The notes below the pieces were generated by a model, which saw only the letters and a list, made by a program, of their open reading frames with translations, did not search any database and was not told where the DNA came from. Below are positions 35,465 through 44,459 of a DNA stretch of 64,000 nt, one piece after another. The stretch comes from a virus. The DNA lies in IMG/VR virus record IMGVR_UViG_3300045988_117355; one strand, written 5' to 3'. The translations under genes and the position numbers were made by a program. The stretch's first letter is position 1. Every line of letters begins with the position of its first letter.

Positions 35465-35991
35465 TAGATATTATATTGACATTAGCTATAGTAGTTTCTG
35501 CGATATTTGTAATCCAATTCTTAGTATCTATATTAGGTATGGGAGTAGACATGGATGTTGACTTAGATTCTAGCTTTGACACTGATATAGATAGTACAGG
35601 TTCTACAGTAGGAGACTTAATATCCTTTAAAGGAGTATTGCATTTCTTATTAGGATTCTGTTGGACTTTAGTATTATTGAAAGAGATTAAGGCTCTAACT
35701 GTAGCTGTTGCTATAGGAGTTGGAATATTATTTGTAATAGTACTATATCATGTATATAAAGGTATTAATAAATTAAAATCTGAACCAACTAGAGAAACTT
35801 TATCAGATCTAGTAGGAAGATCCTGCACTATATATTGTAAACTACCTAATGAGAATGGGTATATGGTGAGTATAGTTGTTAATGGTTTAGTAACAGAAAA
35901 GACTGTATTTTCTCAATCTAATATACCTTATGAGGTAGGAGATATAGTATTTATCACAGATTGTAATGATGAGTTTTTATTTATTGAATAG
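35461..35991 (+). CDS. NfeD-like membrane protein (TM helices plus C-terminal OB-fold beta domain)
   Basis: 176 aa; C-terminal GRSCTIYCKLPNENGYMVSIVVNGLVTEKTVFSQSNIPYEVGDIVFITD resembles NfeD/YuaF OB domain; directly upstream of SPFH gene. Confidence 0.4.
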   Translation: MIDIILTLAIVVSAIFVIQFLVSILGMGVDMDVDLDSSFDTDIDSTGSTVGDLISFKGVLHFLLGFCWTLVLLKEIKALTVAVAIGVGILFVIVLYHVYKGINKLKSEPTRETLSDLVGRSCTIYCKLPNENGYMVSIVVNGLVTEKTVFSQSNIPYEVGDIVFITDCNDEFLFIE

Positions 35992-36015
35992 TTATATAAT
36001 TTTAATTAGTTAAAA

Positions 36016-37842
36016 ATGGAAGGATTAGATTTAAGTTCGCTATTAATTGTAGCAGGAATTTTAGTTGTAGTAATTATTATTACTATCATTGCGGTTTTAT
36101 CAAGATATAGGAAGTGTCCTCCTGATAAAATCTTAATAATTTATGGTAAATCTTCTAAGGATAAAGAAGGTAACAAGAAACCTTCTAAGGTTATTCATGG
36201 AGGATCTACATTTGTTTGGCCTTACTTCCAAGGTTATACTACAATGTCCTTAATTCCAATTCAATTTAAATGTACTATTGCTGATGCATTATCAAGTCAG
36301 TATATTAGAGTAACTGTGCCTATTACAGCTACAGTTGCTGTAAATTCTGAGGAACCATTTGTTCAAAATGCAGTAAGTAGATTAGCTGGATTGACTGAGG
36401 ACACTATTATAGAAATGACTAGAGAAATTATCTATGGCCAATTTAGGGAAATTATTTCTAAATCTTCTATTGAACAGTTAAATGCTGACAGAGATGCTTT
36501 TAGAACTAACTGTGAGCAAAGTATTGCTAGTGAGTTAAATAAACTAGGATTGAAACTTATCAATATTAACATTGTGGATATTCAAGATGAAGCTGGATAT
36601 ATTGCAAATATTGGTAAGAAGGAAGCAGCTAAAGCAGTTAATCAAGCTAAAGTAGAAACTGCAGAGGAAGACAAACAAGGAGCAACTAAGAGTGCTGAGA
36701 TTGAAAAGGATAAAGCAACCCAAGTAGCAGAAACTGAAAAGAATAGAATTAGTATTTTAGCAGAAACCAAGAAAGAGGAGGCTATTAAGGTTGCAGAAAC
36801 TGAGAAGAATAGAGTGAGTGCTTTAGCAGAGATTGAGAAAGAGAAAGCTACTCAAGTAGCAGAGGCTGATAGAATCAGAGAGACTACTGTAGCTGAAACC
36901 AAAGCTCAAGAAAGTGCAAGTATTGTACAATCTAAGAATAATGCAGCTGTAGAAATTGCTAAATCAGATGCAGAAAGGGAATCTAAACAAGTAGAGTTTG
37001 ATAACTCTAAGGAAATTAAGATTGCTCAATCTAACTCTGAAATGGAAATTAGAAAAGCAGAAGCTGAGAAGAATGCAATGGTTGGGAAGAATGAAGCAAT
37101 GAAAGCTGTTGCAACCTCTGAAGGAGAATTGAAGGTAACTGAAGCAGAAGCAGAGAGAAAAGCTAGAGAGGCTCAAGTAATTGCAGATGCTAAGGTTAAA
37201 GAAAGACAAGAACTTCAACAAAAAGCTGTAGAGGAAGCTAGAGCGCAAAAAGTTGAAACTCAGTTAAAAGCTGAAAAGATTGTTCCTGCAGAAATTGAGA
37301 AGGAGAAAGCTCGTCTTAATGCGGAGGCTTATCAGAATGAAGTAACTGGTAAAGCTAAAGCCGAAGCTGAGGCTATTAAACTCAAAGCAGAAGCAGAAGC
37401 GGCTGCAATTAGATTAAAACAAGAAGCAGAAGCAGCAGGTATTCAGGCTAAACTTGAAGCTGAGGCTGAGGGTAAGAGAAAGTCTGCATTAGCTGAGGCT
37501 GAGGGATTTAAAGCAACCATGGAAGCAGCTAAAGGAAATGAAACCTTAGCAATTCATTACAAAATGGTTACTCAGTATAAGGAAATTGCTGGTGAGCAGG
37601 TTAAAGCATTTGAGAAGATGAACCTTGGAAATATCAATATCTTTGATACTGGTGATGGTAAAGGTGCTGGGAAGTTCATGAAGGATATTGTTAATACAGT
37701 TGCGCCTGCAACTAGTGTGTTATCCGAAATGCCAGTAATTGGAAAAGCTGTGAAAGCATTAGAGAGTGCTTTAGATAAGAAGAATGAGAGTGAGAATGGG
37801 GAGGGAGATGTTAAATCTTCTGCTTTCGAAGAGGTAAAGTAA
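36016..37842 (+). CDS. SPFH/band-7 (flotillin-like) membrane protein with long Ala/Glu/Lys coiled-coil
   Basis: 608 aa; N-terminal TM, SPFH-like core (residues ~40-200), then EA-repeat coiled coil typical of flotillins. Confidence 0.6.
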   Translation: MEGLDLSSLLIVAGILVVVIIITIIAVLSRYRKCPPDKILIIYGKSSKDKEGNKKPSKVIHGGSTFVWPYFQGYTTMSLIPIQFKCTIADALSSQYIRVTVPITATVAVNSEEPFVQNAVSRLAGLTEDTIIEMTREIIYGQFREIISKSSIEQLNADRDAFRTNCEQSIASELNKLGLKLININIVDIQDEAGYIANIGKKEAAKAVNQAKVETAEEDKQGATKSAEIEKDKATQVAETEKNRISILAETKKEEAIKVAETEKNRVSALAEIEKEKATQVAEADRIRETTVAETKAQESASIVQSKNNAAVEIAKSDAERESKQVEFDNSKEIKIAQSNSEMEIRKAEAEKNAMVGKNEAMKAVATSEGELKVTEAEAERKAREAQVIADAKVKERQELQQKAVEEARAQKVETQLKAEKIVPAEIEKEKARLNAEAYQNEVTGKAKAEAEAIKLKAEAEAAAIRLKQEAEAAGIQAKLEAEAEGKRKSALAEAEGFKATMEAAKGNETLAIHYKMVTQYKEIAGEQVKAFEKMNLGNINIFDTGDGKGAGKFMKDIVNTVAPATSVLSEMPVIGKAVKALESALDKKNESENGEGDVKSSAFEEVK

Positions 37843-37847
37843 ATCTT

Positions 37848-37882
37848 TAGAGGAGTTAGGAAACTAACTCCTCTTTTTATTT
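37848..37882 (+). terminator. rho-independent terminator
   Basis: AGAGGAGTTAG-gaaa-CTAACTCCTCT then TTTTTATTT. Confidence 0.7.
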
Positions 37883-37890
37883 AAATGTAA

Positions 37891-38211
37891 ATGAAACAAG
37901 TATTAGTTTTTGTAAAGGCTAAGAATTCTTTATTGTTTAGACAATATTCAACTTGTGTTCCTAAGGGAGAATTACTTCCAGATGAAACTCCAGTTAAAGC
38001 AGCAATGAGAATTCTTAAAGAAATATATGGATTAAGATTTAAAGAATTACAATTTATAGAGCTAGATAATAATGAAAAGCATGTAAATGTAGGTCTTTCT
38101 TTAGATTATTATCCAGAAAGTTATATGGATGAAGATCCAACATTTGTAGATACTAAAGAAGTTTCTTTAAATGGAGAATACCCTTTAACAGAAAAATTTC
38201 TTACTAAATAA
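37891..38211 (+). CDS. hypothetical protein
   Basis: 106 aa. Confidence 0.4.
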   Translation: MKQVLVFVKAKNSLLFRQYSTCVPKGELLPDETPVKAAMRILKEIYGLRFKELQFIELDNNEKHVNVGLSLDYYPESYMDEDPTFVDTKEVSLNGEYPLTEKFLTK

Positions 38212-38247
38212 TTGGTTAAAAGAGGTTCGAATCCTCATTTAGTACAA
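38203..38247 (+). other. tRNA-like minihelix / tRNA remnant (acceptor plus T-arm only)
   Basis: ACTAAAT-aattggttaaaag-AGG-TTCGAAT-CCT-C-ATTTAGT-A; overlaps stop codon of previous ORF. Confidence 0.3.
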
Positions 38248-38381
38248 ATTTAAATTAGATAATTATGAACAAAAGTAATACAACAGAGAAAGTGATTACA
38301 AGTATCTTCACTCTTATAATTGGAGTACTTTTATTAACTGGTATGTTATGGTAGTTATAATTGGTATAGTTGTGACATTAA

Positions 38382-38843
38382 TTGCTGCAGCAATTTTTGA
38401 AGATTAACATGAAACTCCCATATACAAAGAAATTAGTTAAGGATAAAGTACATTCTAAATTAATCACTATTTATGGGAGATTAAGAAAAGGAGATCAATA
38501 TGCTCAAGATTTATTTAATCCTAGTTATCGTTATAGAGTGCTATATCAACCTTCTGAGAAAGATATTCAAGGTTGGATGTATTTAGAAAGTTCTAAACAT
38601 GTTACATTGAGGAAACTGCAATCTATTTTACATGATATAGTTTATGTATATAAATTGTTAAATAATAAATATACTATATATATAATTAGAAAAAATCAAG
38701 AGCATGAGTATTATTATAACGTAGAGAAGAAGGACGTAATGAATAAGATAGGGTTAGGATATAATGGATATATTTATTACGATGGGGTAATTGATAAAGA
38801 TCACTCTATGTTAAATGAATTTAAGAAAGTATTAGATAACTAA
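38382..38843 (+). CDS. hypothetical protein
   Basis: 153 aa. Confidence 0.4.
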   Translation: MLQQFLKINMKLPYTKKLVKDKVHSKLITIYGRLRKGDQYAQDLFNPSYRYRVLYQPSEKDIQGWMYLESSKHVTLRKLQSILHDIVYVYKLLNNKYTIYIIRKNQEHEYYYNVEKKDVMNKIGLGYNGYIYYDGVIDKDHSMLNEFKKVLDN

Positions 38844-38888
38844 CCCTTGTTGATGGATTACCATTAGCTAGGGTTTTATTCTTTTTAT

Positions 38889-39191
38889 ATGGATAAGTAT
38901 TTAAGTTGCAAGGATTATAGAGAGTACAAGAGAGATGTATTAGATCCTCTTAAAGTTGATATAAATAATATCAGCAAAATGTTAAATAAGTCTAGGAGGA
39001 ATGTAAATGGATTATTTATAGAGGAATTACCTACTGTAGATGATTCTTATATCCTTCCTGATGATGAGGAGTATCAAACATTCTGTGATAAGGTTGTCTT
39101 AGAATTGGATAAAGAAGTAAGGGAATGTGAATTAAATAAATTTAGAATAGATGAAAGAAGAATCAATTTCTGGGATTTCTCAAAAAACTAA
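38889..39191 (+). CDS. hypothetical protein
   Basis: 100 aa. Confidence 0.4.
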   Translation: MDKYLSCKDYREYKRDVLDPLKVDINNISKMLNKSRRNVNGLFIEELPTVDDSYILPDDEEYQTFCDKVVLELDKEVRECELNKFRIDERRINFWDFSKN

Positions 39192-39615
39192 TAATCCTGA
39201 GAGGAGAGAGTATTTGGAAAATTTTAAAAGAAATCTTACAGAGAAGTTAAATAAATTACAAAAGGAAATAAAAGAAATTTCTGAAGAACTTAAAGAGGTT
39301 AATTCAAAGTTAGATGAACTTAAATATCCAGAATTTGTATCTAAATATTTAATATTAAGATACAAGAATGGAAATATAGTCTTCGCTAAAATTGGAAGCT
39401 CTTTTAAGGTACTAGAGTTAGGATATAATGACTATTCTAAAGATTTTTCTATGCATGAAAATTTCTTTGAAACTTCTATAATAAAATATGATATTGGAAG
39501 TAAGGATATAAACCAATATTGTGTAGATGAAGAAGAATTTTATGAGTCTCTCAGAAGATTTTTATTAGTAAATAATCATCAGGTAACTAAAAAGTTTGAA
39601 GGATGGGGAGAATAA
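39151..39615 (+). CDS. hypothetical protein (start uncertain)
   Basis: 154 aa track ORF overlapping previous gene. Confidence 0.4.
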   Translation: MKEESISGISQKTNNPERREYLENFKRNLTEKLNKLQKEIKEISEELKEVNSKLDELKYPEFVSKYLILRYKNGNIVFAKIGSSFKVLELGYNDYSKDFSMHENFFETSIIKYDIGSKDINQYCVDEEEFYESLRRFLLVNNHQVTKKFEGWGE

Positions 39616-40043
39616 ATTTTGATAAATATTGTTATACAGATGTTTGTGTAGAGAAGTTATTAAAAACTTATAAGGAAAGAGGATATTTAATCATAGCCTT
39701 TGACTTTGATGATACTTTAATATCTTCTGAACCTGATTATGAATGTCAACTTCCTTTAAGATTATTATCATTATGTAAAGAGTATATTAATTGTAAATTA
39801 ATTTTATATACTTGTAGATCTAGTAATAGAGGAGATGGGAGGAATCTTAGAAGAGCAATTGAGACATGTAAGAATTTAGGAATTGAGCCAGATTATGTTA
39901 ACGAACATGCTTATGAAGATTATAAAGGATTAGATGGTAAAGTATTTTATGATATATTCCTTGATGATAAAGCTGGATTAGGACAAGCATGTGAAATACT
40001 AGGACTGGCTATAAATAAAATATTGAATAATGAAAATATTTAA
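39603..40043 (+). CDS. HAD-superfamily phosphatase-like protein
   Basis: 146 aa; motif I IIAFDFDDTLI (DxDxT). Confidence 0.5.
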   Translation: MGRINFDKYCYTDVCVEKLLKTYKERGYLIIAFDFDDTLISSEPDYECQLPLRLLSLCKEYINCKLILYTCRSSNRGDGRNLRRAIETCKNLGIEPDYVNEHAYEDYKGLDGKVFYDIFLDDKAGLGQACEILGLAINKILNNENI

Positions 40044-40281
40044 AACTATAATTTATATTATACTAGCATTAATTGCAGTATGTATAATGGTAGATGTGGC
40101 AGGATATGAATCTTCAATTAATCCTAGAGACATGGATATAACTCTTATAATATCTTCAATAATATATAGCATCTCCCTTGGCCTTATGATGGGTCATGTT
40201 TTGAGTTTTATAGTTGCTATATTAGAAGGTAAAGATTACATATTTAAGAATAATAAATTTCAAATAATAGATAAAGAATGA
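40030..40281 (+). CDS. small membrane protein
   Basis: 83 aa, two TM. Confidence 0.35.
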   Translation: MKIFKTIIYIILALIAVCIMVDVAGYESSINPRDMDITLIISSIIYSISLGLMMGHVLSFIVAILEGKDYIFKNNKFQIIDKE

Positions 40282-41045
40282 AAGGTGAATTAGTTATTGG
40301 GGCAATTGCAGGTGATATTCTGGGATCTCCTTATGAGAGAAATGCAATATATAATCCAGATGTAGATCTTACTGATGAACAAGATTTTACAGATGATTCT
40401 ATATTAACTATCGCAACTATGGAATGTATGCTTGATGATTCTGAGGAATTTGAAAAATATTACATGAAATGGGGAAGAAAATTTATAGGCGAATCTATAT
40501 GGGGTAAAAATTTCTTCAAATGGCTACATGAGGGAGATTGTAAGGCAATTAATCATTCATGGGGAAATGGATGTTTAATGAGAATTAGTCCTATAGCATA
40601 TTTTCCTGGAACTGAGGAGGATTGTAAAAGATTAGCTATTTTATCTTGTCAATATACTCATAATTGCCCAGAAAGTTTTCTAGCCGCAATTGAGTATGTA
40701 GGATATTTATATAGATTACTTCACCATATTCCAGTACAAGGAATGACAAATAATTATGAATTTTATCTAAATAATCCTACTGGATTTGATTGTAGTATTA
40801 AATCTGTTAAACAAGCATATTCATCTTATATACATGGTGGAAGCATGGGAGGTGATGTAGTTCTTAACTGTATCAAAAGTGCTATTAGATTAGGTGGAGA
40901 TACTGATACTATTGGAGCTATGACTGGAGCTTTAGCTGAAACTGGGTTTAGCGTTCAAAATCTTACTTATCTTTTAGGTTATTTAACTGAAGAGATGGTT
41001 GGAATTGTAAAAGAGTTTAGTAAAAAATTTAATTCAATGGAATAA
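40278..41045 (+). CDS. ADP-ribosylglycohydrolase (ARH/DraG family)
   Basis: 255 aa; N-terminal IGAIAGDILGSPYE and C-terminal LGGDTDTIGAMTGAL match ARH signatures. Confidence 0.8.
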   Translation: MKGELVIGAIAGDILGSPYERNAIYNPDVDLTDEQDFTDDSILTIATMECMLDDSEEFEKYYMKWGRKFIGESIWGKNFFKWLHEGDCKAINHSWGNGCLMRISPIAYFPGTEEDCKRLAILSCQYTHNCPESFLAAIEYVGYLYRLLHHIPVQGMTNNYEFYLNNPTGFDCSIKSVKQAYSSYIHGGSMGGDVVLNCIKSAIRLGGDTDTIGAMTGALAETGFSVQNLTYLLGYLTEEMVGIVKEFSKKFNSME

Positions 41046-41467
41046 TGTGTTTGACATCTAATACTAATATTCCTAAAATAGCACAAGAAGATATAGTGTG
41101 CTATAAAGTATTAATAAAAGCTTCTATCTTGAAATCACTTTTTGGGAAGGCCTATATAACTCCTTGGTATAATAAAAAGGTTAAACCCAAAGGATTATTT
41201 AAAGCAGAGGGGATGAAAGAAATTATCAGAGATTATTATGCATCTATTCATCCAACAAAACTTTATTGTGTAGGAGGAGGCTTTATTCATACTTACACAG
41301 ATCTGAATACAATTGGGGTAACTGGGCCAGATTTTGTTCGACAGAGAGTGTTTGAATGCATAATTCCAAAGGGTACTGAATATTTTGTAAGTATTGATGA
41401 TCAAGAGTATGCTTCCGATTGTATCATATTCAAAAGGGAAATAAAATGTCCGAAAATAATAAGGTAA
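41045..41467 (+). CDS. MCL-family small protein, tandem paralog 1 of 7
   Basis: starts MCL; conserved DIVCYKVL, GFIHTYT, ECIIPKGTEYF. Confidence 0.5.
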   Translation: MCLTSNTNIPKIAQEDIVCYKVLIKASILKSLFGKAYITPWYNKKVKPKGLFKAEGMKEIIRDYYASIHPTKLYCVGGGFIHTYTDLNTIGVTGPDFVRQRVFECIIPKGTEYFVSIDDQEYASDCIIFKREIKCPKIIR

Positions 41468-41769
41468 TTCAAAAGATGTTTGTATGTGAATGTGGATCAT
41501 TAGATCATATGTTCAGTGTAATGTTCTATAAAGGAGATGATGAATTATTTCTAGCTCCTTATCTTAAAAGAACTTATGGATTCTTTCGCAGACTAAGTAT
41601 AGCATTTAAATATTTATTTAAAATGGAGAATAGATTTGGATCACAATTTGATGAAGTTATTCTTCATAAAGATAAAGCAATTGAATTAAGAGATTTATTA
41701 AATGAATTCATAGATGGACAAGAGAAGAAAAGCAGTGATATTGACCAAAATTCCTCTCAACCAAGCTGA
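41446..41769 (+). CDS. hypothetical protein with CxC...H motif (start uncertain)
   Basis: track ORF 41419-41769 trimmed to internal Met MSENNK to avoid overlap. Confidence 0.35.
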   Translation: MSENNKVIQKMFVCECGSLDHMFSVMFYKGDDELFLAPYLKRTYGFFRRLSIAFKYLFKMENRFGSQFDEVILHKDKAIELRDLLNEFIDGQEKKSSDIDQNSSQPS

Positions 41770-42001
41770 GTTTATTCAATATAGGTATAGAATAAGGAGA
41801 GCTTTATCATCAATGTTTAAATATGGAGATCTTAAGGTTGAGGATTTATCTAAAGATGACAATAGGTTGATATTAGGAATTTTAGTAGGATTGCCATATT
41901 TAAATGATGAAAACATTAAATATCTTAATGAGAAACTAGACATGACACTTCCGACTTGGGAAGAGACTAAGAAGTATAATGAATCATTAAAAATTTTATA
42001 G
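41714..42001 (+). CDS. hypothetical protein
   Basis: 95 aa. Confidence 0.35.
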   Translation: MDKRRKAVILTKIPLNQAEFIQYRYRIRRALSSMFKYGDLKVEDLSKDDNRLILGILVGLPYLNDENIKYLNEKLDMTLPTWEETKKYNESLKIL

Positions 42002-42409
42002 ATGTATTTAACTTCTAGACATAGTATTAAAGCCAATCATGATATTGTGTGTTATAATATCTTCTATGATAAGAAAACTATTTATCCAGAAGAGATCATA
42101 CAAGGAGATGGGATAGTTAATATTAAAGATGATGTAGAGCTCATTCCAGTAAGATTCCTAAAGGGAGTATTTAATATTAAAGGAATATTAGAATGTTTTC
42201 CTAAATATTCTGATGCTGAGAGTCATCTAATAGGAGCTCTTATGTATTCTGAATTGAAACCTTATCATTTGAAATTATTTGAATGCATTATTCCTAAAGG
42301 AAGTTATTATTATAAAGGAACTTATATGTACCCTGGAGACACTGTTTGTTTTGGAACCAAAAAAGTTAAGATTATAAAATGTGTTTGGAAATTAAAAAAG
42401 GAGATTTAA
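42002..42409 (+). CDS. MCL-family paralog 2 (starts MYL)
   Basis: DIVCYNIF, ECIIPKGSYYY. Confidence 0.5.
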   Translation: MYLTSRHSIKANHDIVCYNIFYDKKTIYPEEIIQGDGIVNIKDDVELIPVRFLKGVFNIKGILECFPKYSDAESHLIGALMYSELKPYHLKLFECIIPKGSYYYKGTYMYPGDTVCFGTKKVKIIKCVWKLKKEI

Positions 42410-42804
42410 GAAAAACAGCAGAGGAAGACATAATCTGTTATAAAATACTAGCAACAATCTCATCTGATTCTGGAGAAATAGTAAGATTTACACCTCTTCG
42501 AGAAGTTTTAGTAGATGTTACTAAGGATTTTGAAGCAGAAGGAAGTGAAGATTATTTAGAGCAATCATTAGGAGAAATTTCAATAGGATTCGTTCACACA
42601 TTTGAGGATTTGATGGATACCATGAGGGCTTTAAAAATCTTTAGAGCTATAATGGATATGAATGAGGTGAAATATTTAAAGCTAGAAATTTGGAAATGTG
42701 TTATTCCCGAAGGAATAAAATTCTATAAAGGAGTCTTTCCAGATTTGAGATCGTCTTCTTCTTACGCTTCAAAGAAAATTAAATTTATAGAAAAATGTGT
42801 TTAA
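42379..42804 (+). CDS. MCL-family paralog 3
   Basis: MCLEIKK..DIICYKIL..GFVHTF..KCVIPEG; ends KCV overlapping next ATGTGTTTAA. Confidence 0.5.
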   Translation: MCLEIKKGDLRKTAEEDIICYKILATISSDSGEIVRFTPLREVLVDVTKDFEAEGSEDYLEQSLGEISIGFVHTFEDLMDTMRALKIFRAIMDMNEVKYLKLEIWKCVIPEGIKFYKGVFPDLRSSSSYASKKIKFIEKCV

Positions 42805-43202
42805 TATTACCTAAGTATAAAAAGAATTCTACTCTATTTGAGTTAGCCAAGGAAGATATAACTTGTTATAAGTTATTATTAAGAATTCCTCCTAATAGTC
42901 TTTACACAGCCTATAGAGGATTTCCAGTAGAAGGAGAATACTTAAAAGCTAAAGGTCTTCCTAACATTAAACGTTCAAGAAAAGGTTATTATCTAGAAGA
43001 AGGAGTAATTCATTCTTTTGCTAATTTACCAACTGCACATTTAGCAGCTTTATTACATGATTGTAATTTTGCAAATAGTGTTATCTATGAATGTATAATT
43101 CCTAAAGGAACATTGTATTGTGAAGGATTGTTTGATGATTATAGAAGTTATGGTAGTAAACAAATAAAATTAATAAAAAATGTGTCTTGTAATAGAAGTT
43201 GA
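42795..43202 (+). CDS. MCL-family paralog 4
   Basis: MCLILP..DITCYKLL..GVIHSF..ECIIPKGTLY. Confidence 0.5.
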   Translation: MCLILPKYKKNSTLFELAKEDITCYKLLLRIPPNSLYTAYRGFPVEGEYLKAKGLPNIKRSRKGYYLEEGVIHSFANLPTAHLAALLHDCNFANSVIYECIIPKGTLYCEGLFDDYRSYGSKQIKLIKNVSCNRS

Positions 43203-43575
43203 CTCTGAAATGCAACAAGCACCAGAGGATATAATATGTTATAAAATTCTTGAAAGAATAGAGGACAGACTTTTTACTCCTTACAGAAGATTTCCAGTTG
43301 ATATAGAAAGTAAAATTTTAACAAGTAAAGGAGAAATTAAAAAAGAGTTTGGCTCAGATCTATCAAGGGAGTTTATAGGTCAAGGAGTTATTCATACTTT
43401 TGCTTACTTAGAGGATGTGGCTGTTGAATCATTATCTGCTTTACATTATGGGCACAAATATGAAGTCTATGAATGCATTATACCTAAGGAAACTTTTTAT
43501 TATACAGGGTTGGCCTTTGGAGTTCCTAGTTATGGAAGTATTTGTATTAAATTTATTAAGAGAGTAGATGTATGA
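43180..43575 (+). CDS. MCL-family paralog 5
   Basis: MCLVIE..DIICYKIL..GVIHTF..ECIIPKETFYY. Confidence 0.5.
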   Translation: MCLVIEVDSEMQQAPEDIICYKILERIEDRLFTPYRRFPVDIESKILTSKGEIKKEFGSDLSREFIGQGVIHTFAYLEDVAVESLSALHYGHKYEVYECIIPKETFYYTGLAFGVPSYGSICIKFIKRVDV

Positions 43576-44002
43576 CTATGTAATTTATACAGATGGATCT
43601 TATAAATCATCTAGAAAACAGGGAGGATATAGTGTAGTAATATGCAACAACAATGAGGAAGTAATAAAAACTATCTTTAAAGGAGTTAAAAATACCACTA
43701 ACAACAGAATGGAATTATCTGGATTTATTTCTGCATTGGAAAACATTCCAAAGGGATCTAAAGTAAAGATAATATCTGACTCAGAATATGTCTTAAATCC
43801 TCTAACTAAAGGATGGTTGGATAAATGGATAAAAGAAGATTTCAAGGATAAGAAAAATCCAGATTTGTGGAGGAAAGTTGCTGAATTATTACCTGATTAT
43901 AATATAGAATTGGAATGGGTTAAAGGCCATGAAGATTCTAAGTTAAATAATTTAGCAGATATGTTAGCACAACATGCTGGAGAAGTAGATTTAGATAATT
44001 AA
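43568..44002 (+). CDS. rnhA: ribonuclease HI
   Basis: 144 aa; YTDGS, TNNRMEL, SDSEYV, WVKGH motifs align with E. coli RNase HI catalytic residues. Confidence 0.85.
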   Translation: MYDYVIYTDGSYKSSRKQGGYSVVICNNNEEVIKTIFKGVKNTTNNRMELSGFISALENIPKGSKVKIISDSEYVLNPLTKGWLDKWIKEDFKDKKNPDLWRKVAELLPDYNIELEWVKGHEDSKLNNLADMLAQHAGEVDLDN

Positions 44003-44012
44003 AATTAAAAAC

Positions 44013-44459
44013 ATGTGTTTAATAGTACAATCAAGAGAACCCAAGATAGCAGAGAAAGATATAATCTGTTATAAACTGGTTAAATATTGGGAAGATGCAG
44101 ATGTTTATGTATCTCCTTTACAACACTTTCCTATAGCTTCTTCTAGGAAAATTATAGGATTTATACAAAAAGATGACTCTGATTATAGCAGAGTTTATCC
44201 TGGTATAATAACAAGAAAGACACTAGATTATAATGTCAGTAGAGGATTTTTGCACACTTTTATGTATTTAAAAAGTGCTAAGCATATTATATCTAAAGTA
44301 AGTAATAAGTCTGAATATAGGATATTTAAATGTATTATCCCGAAAGGAGTTAATTATTACGAAGGATATTCTAAATCTACACTTTGTGGAAATATTATCC
44401 ATGTTAAAGGTTTAGCATCAAAAGAATTAATTTATAAAGAAGAAATACCATGTGTTTAA
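44013..44459 (+). CDS. MCL-family paralog 6
   Basis: MCLIVQ..DIICYKLV..GFLHTF..KCIIPKGVNYY; ends PCV overlapping next ATG. Confidence 0.5.
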   Translation: MCLIVQSREPKIAEKDIICYKLVKYWEDADVYVSPLQHFPIASSRKIIGFIQKDDSDYSRVYPGIITRKTLDYNVSRGFLHTFMYLKSAKHIISKVSNKSEYRIFKCIIPKGVNYYEGYSKSTLCGNIIHVKGLASKELIYKEEIPCV

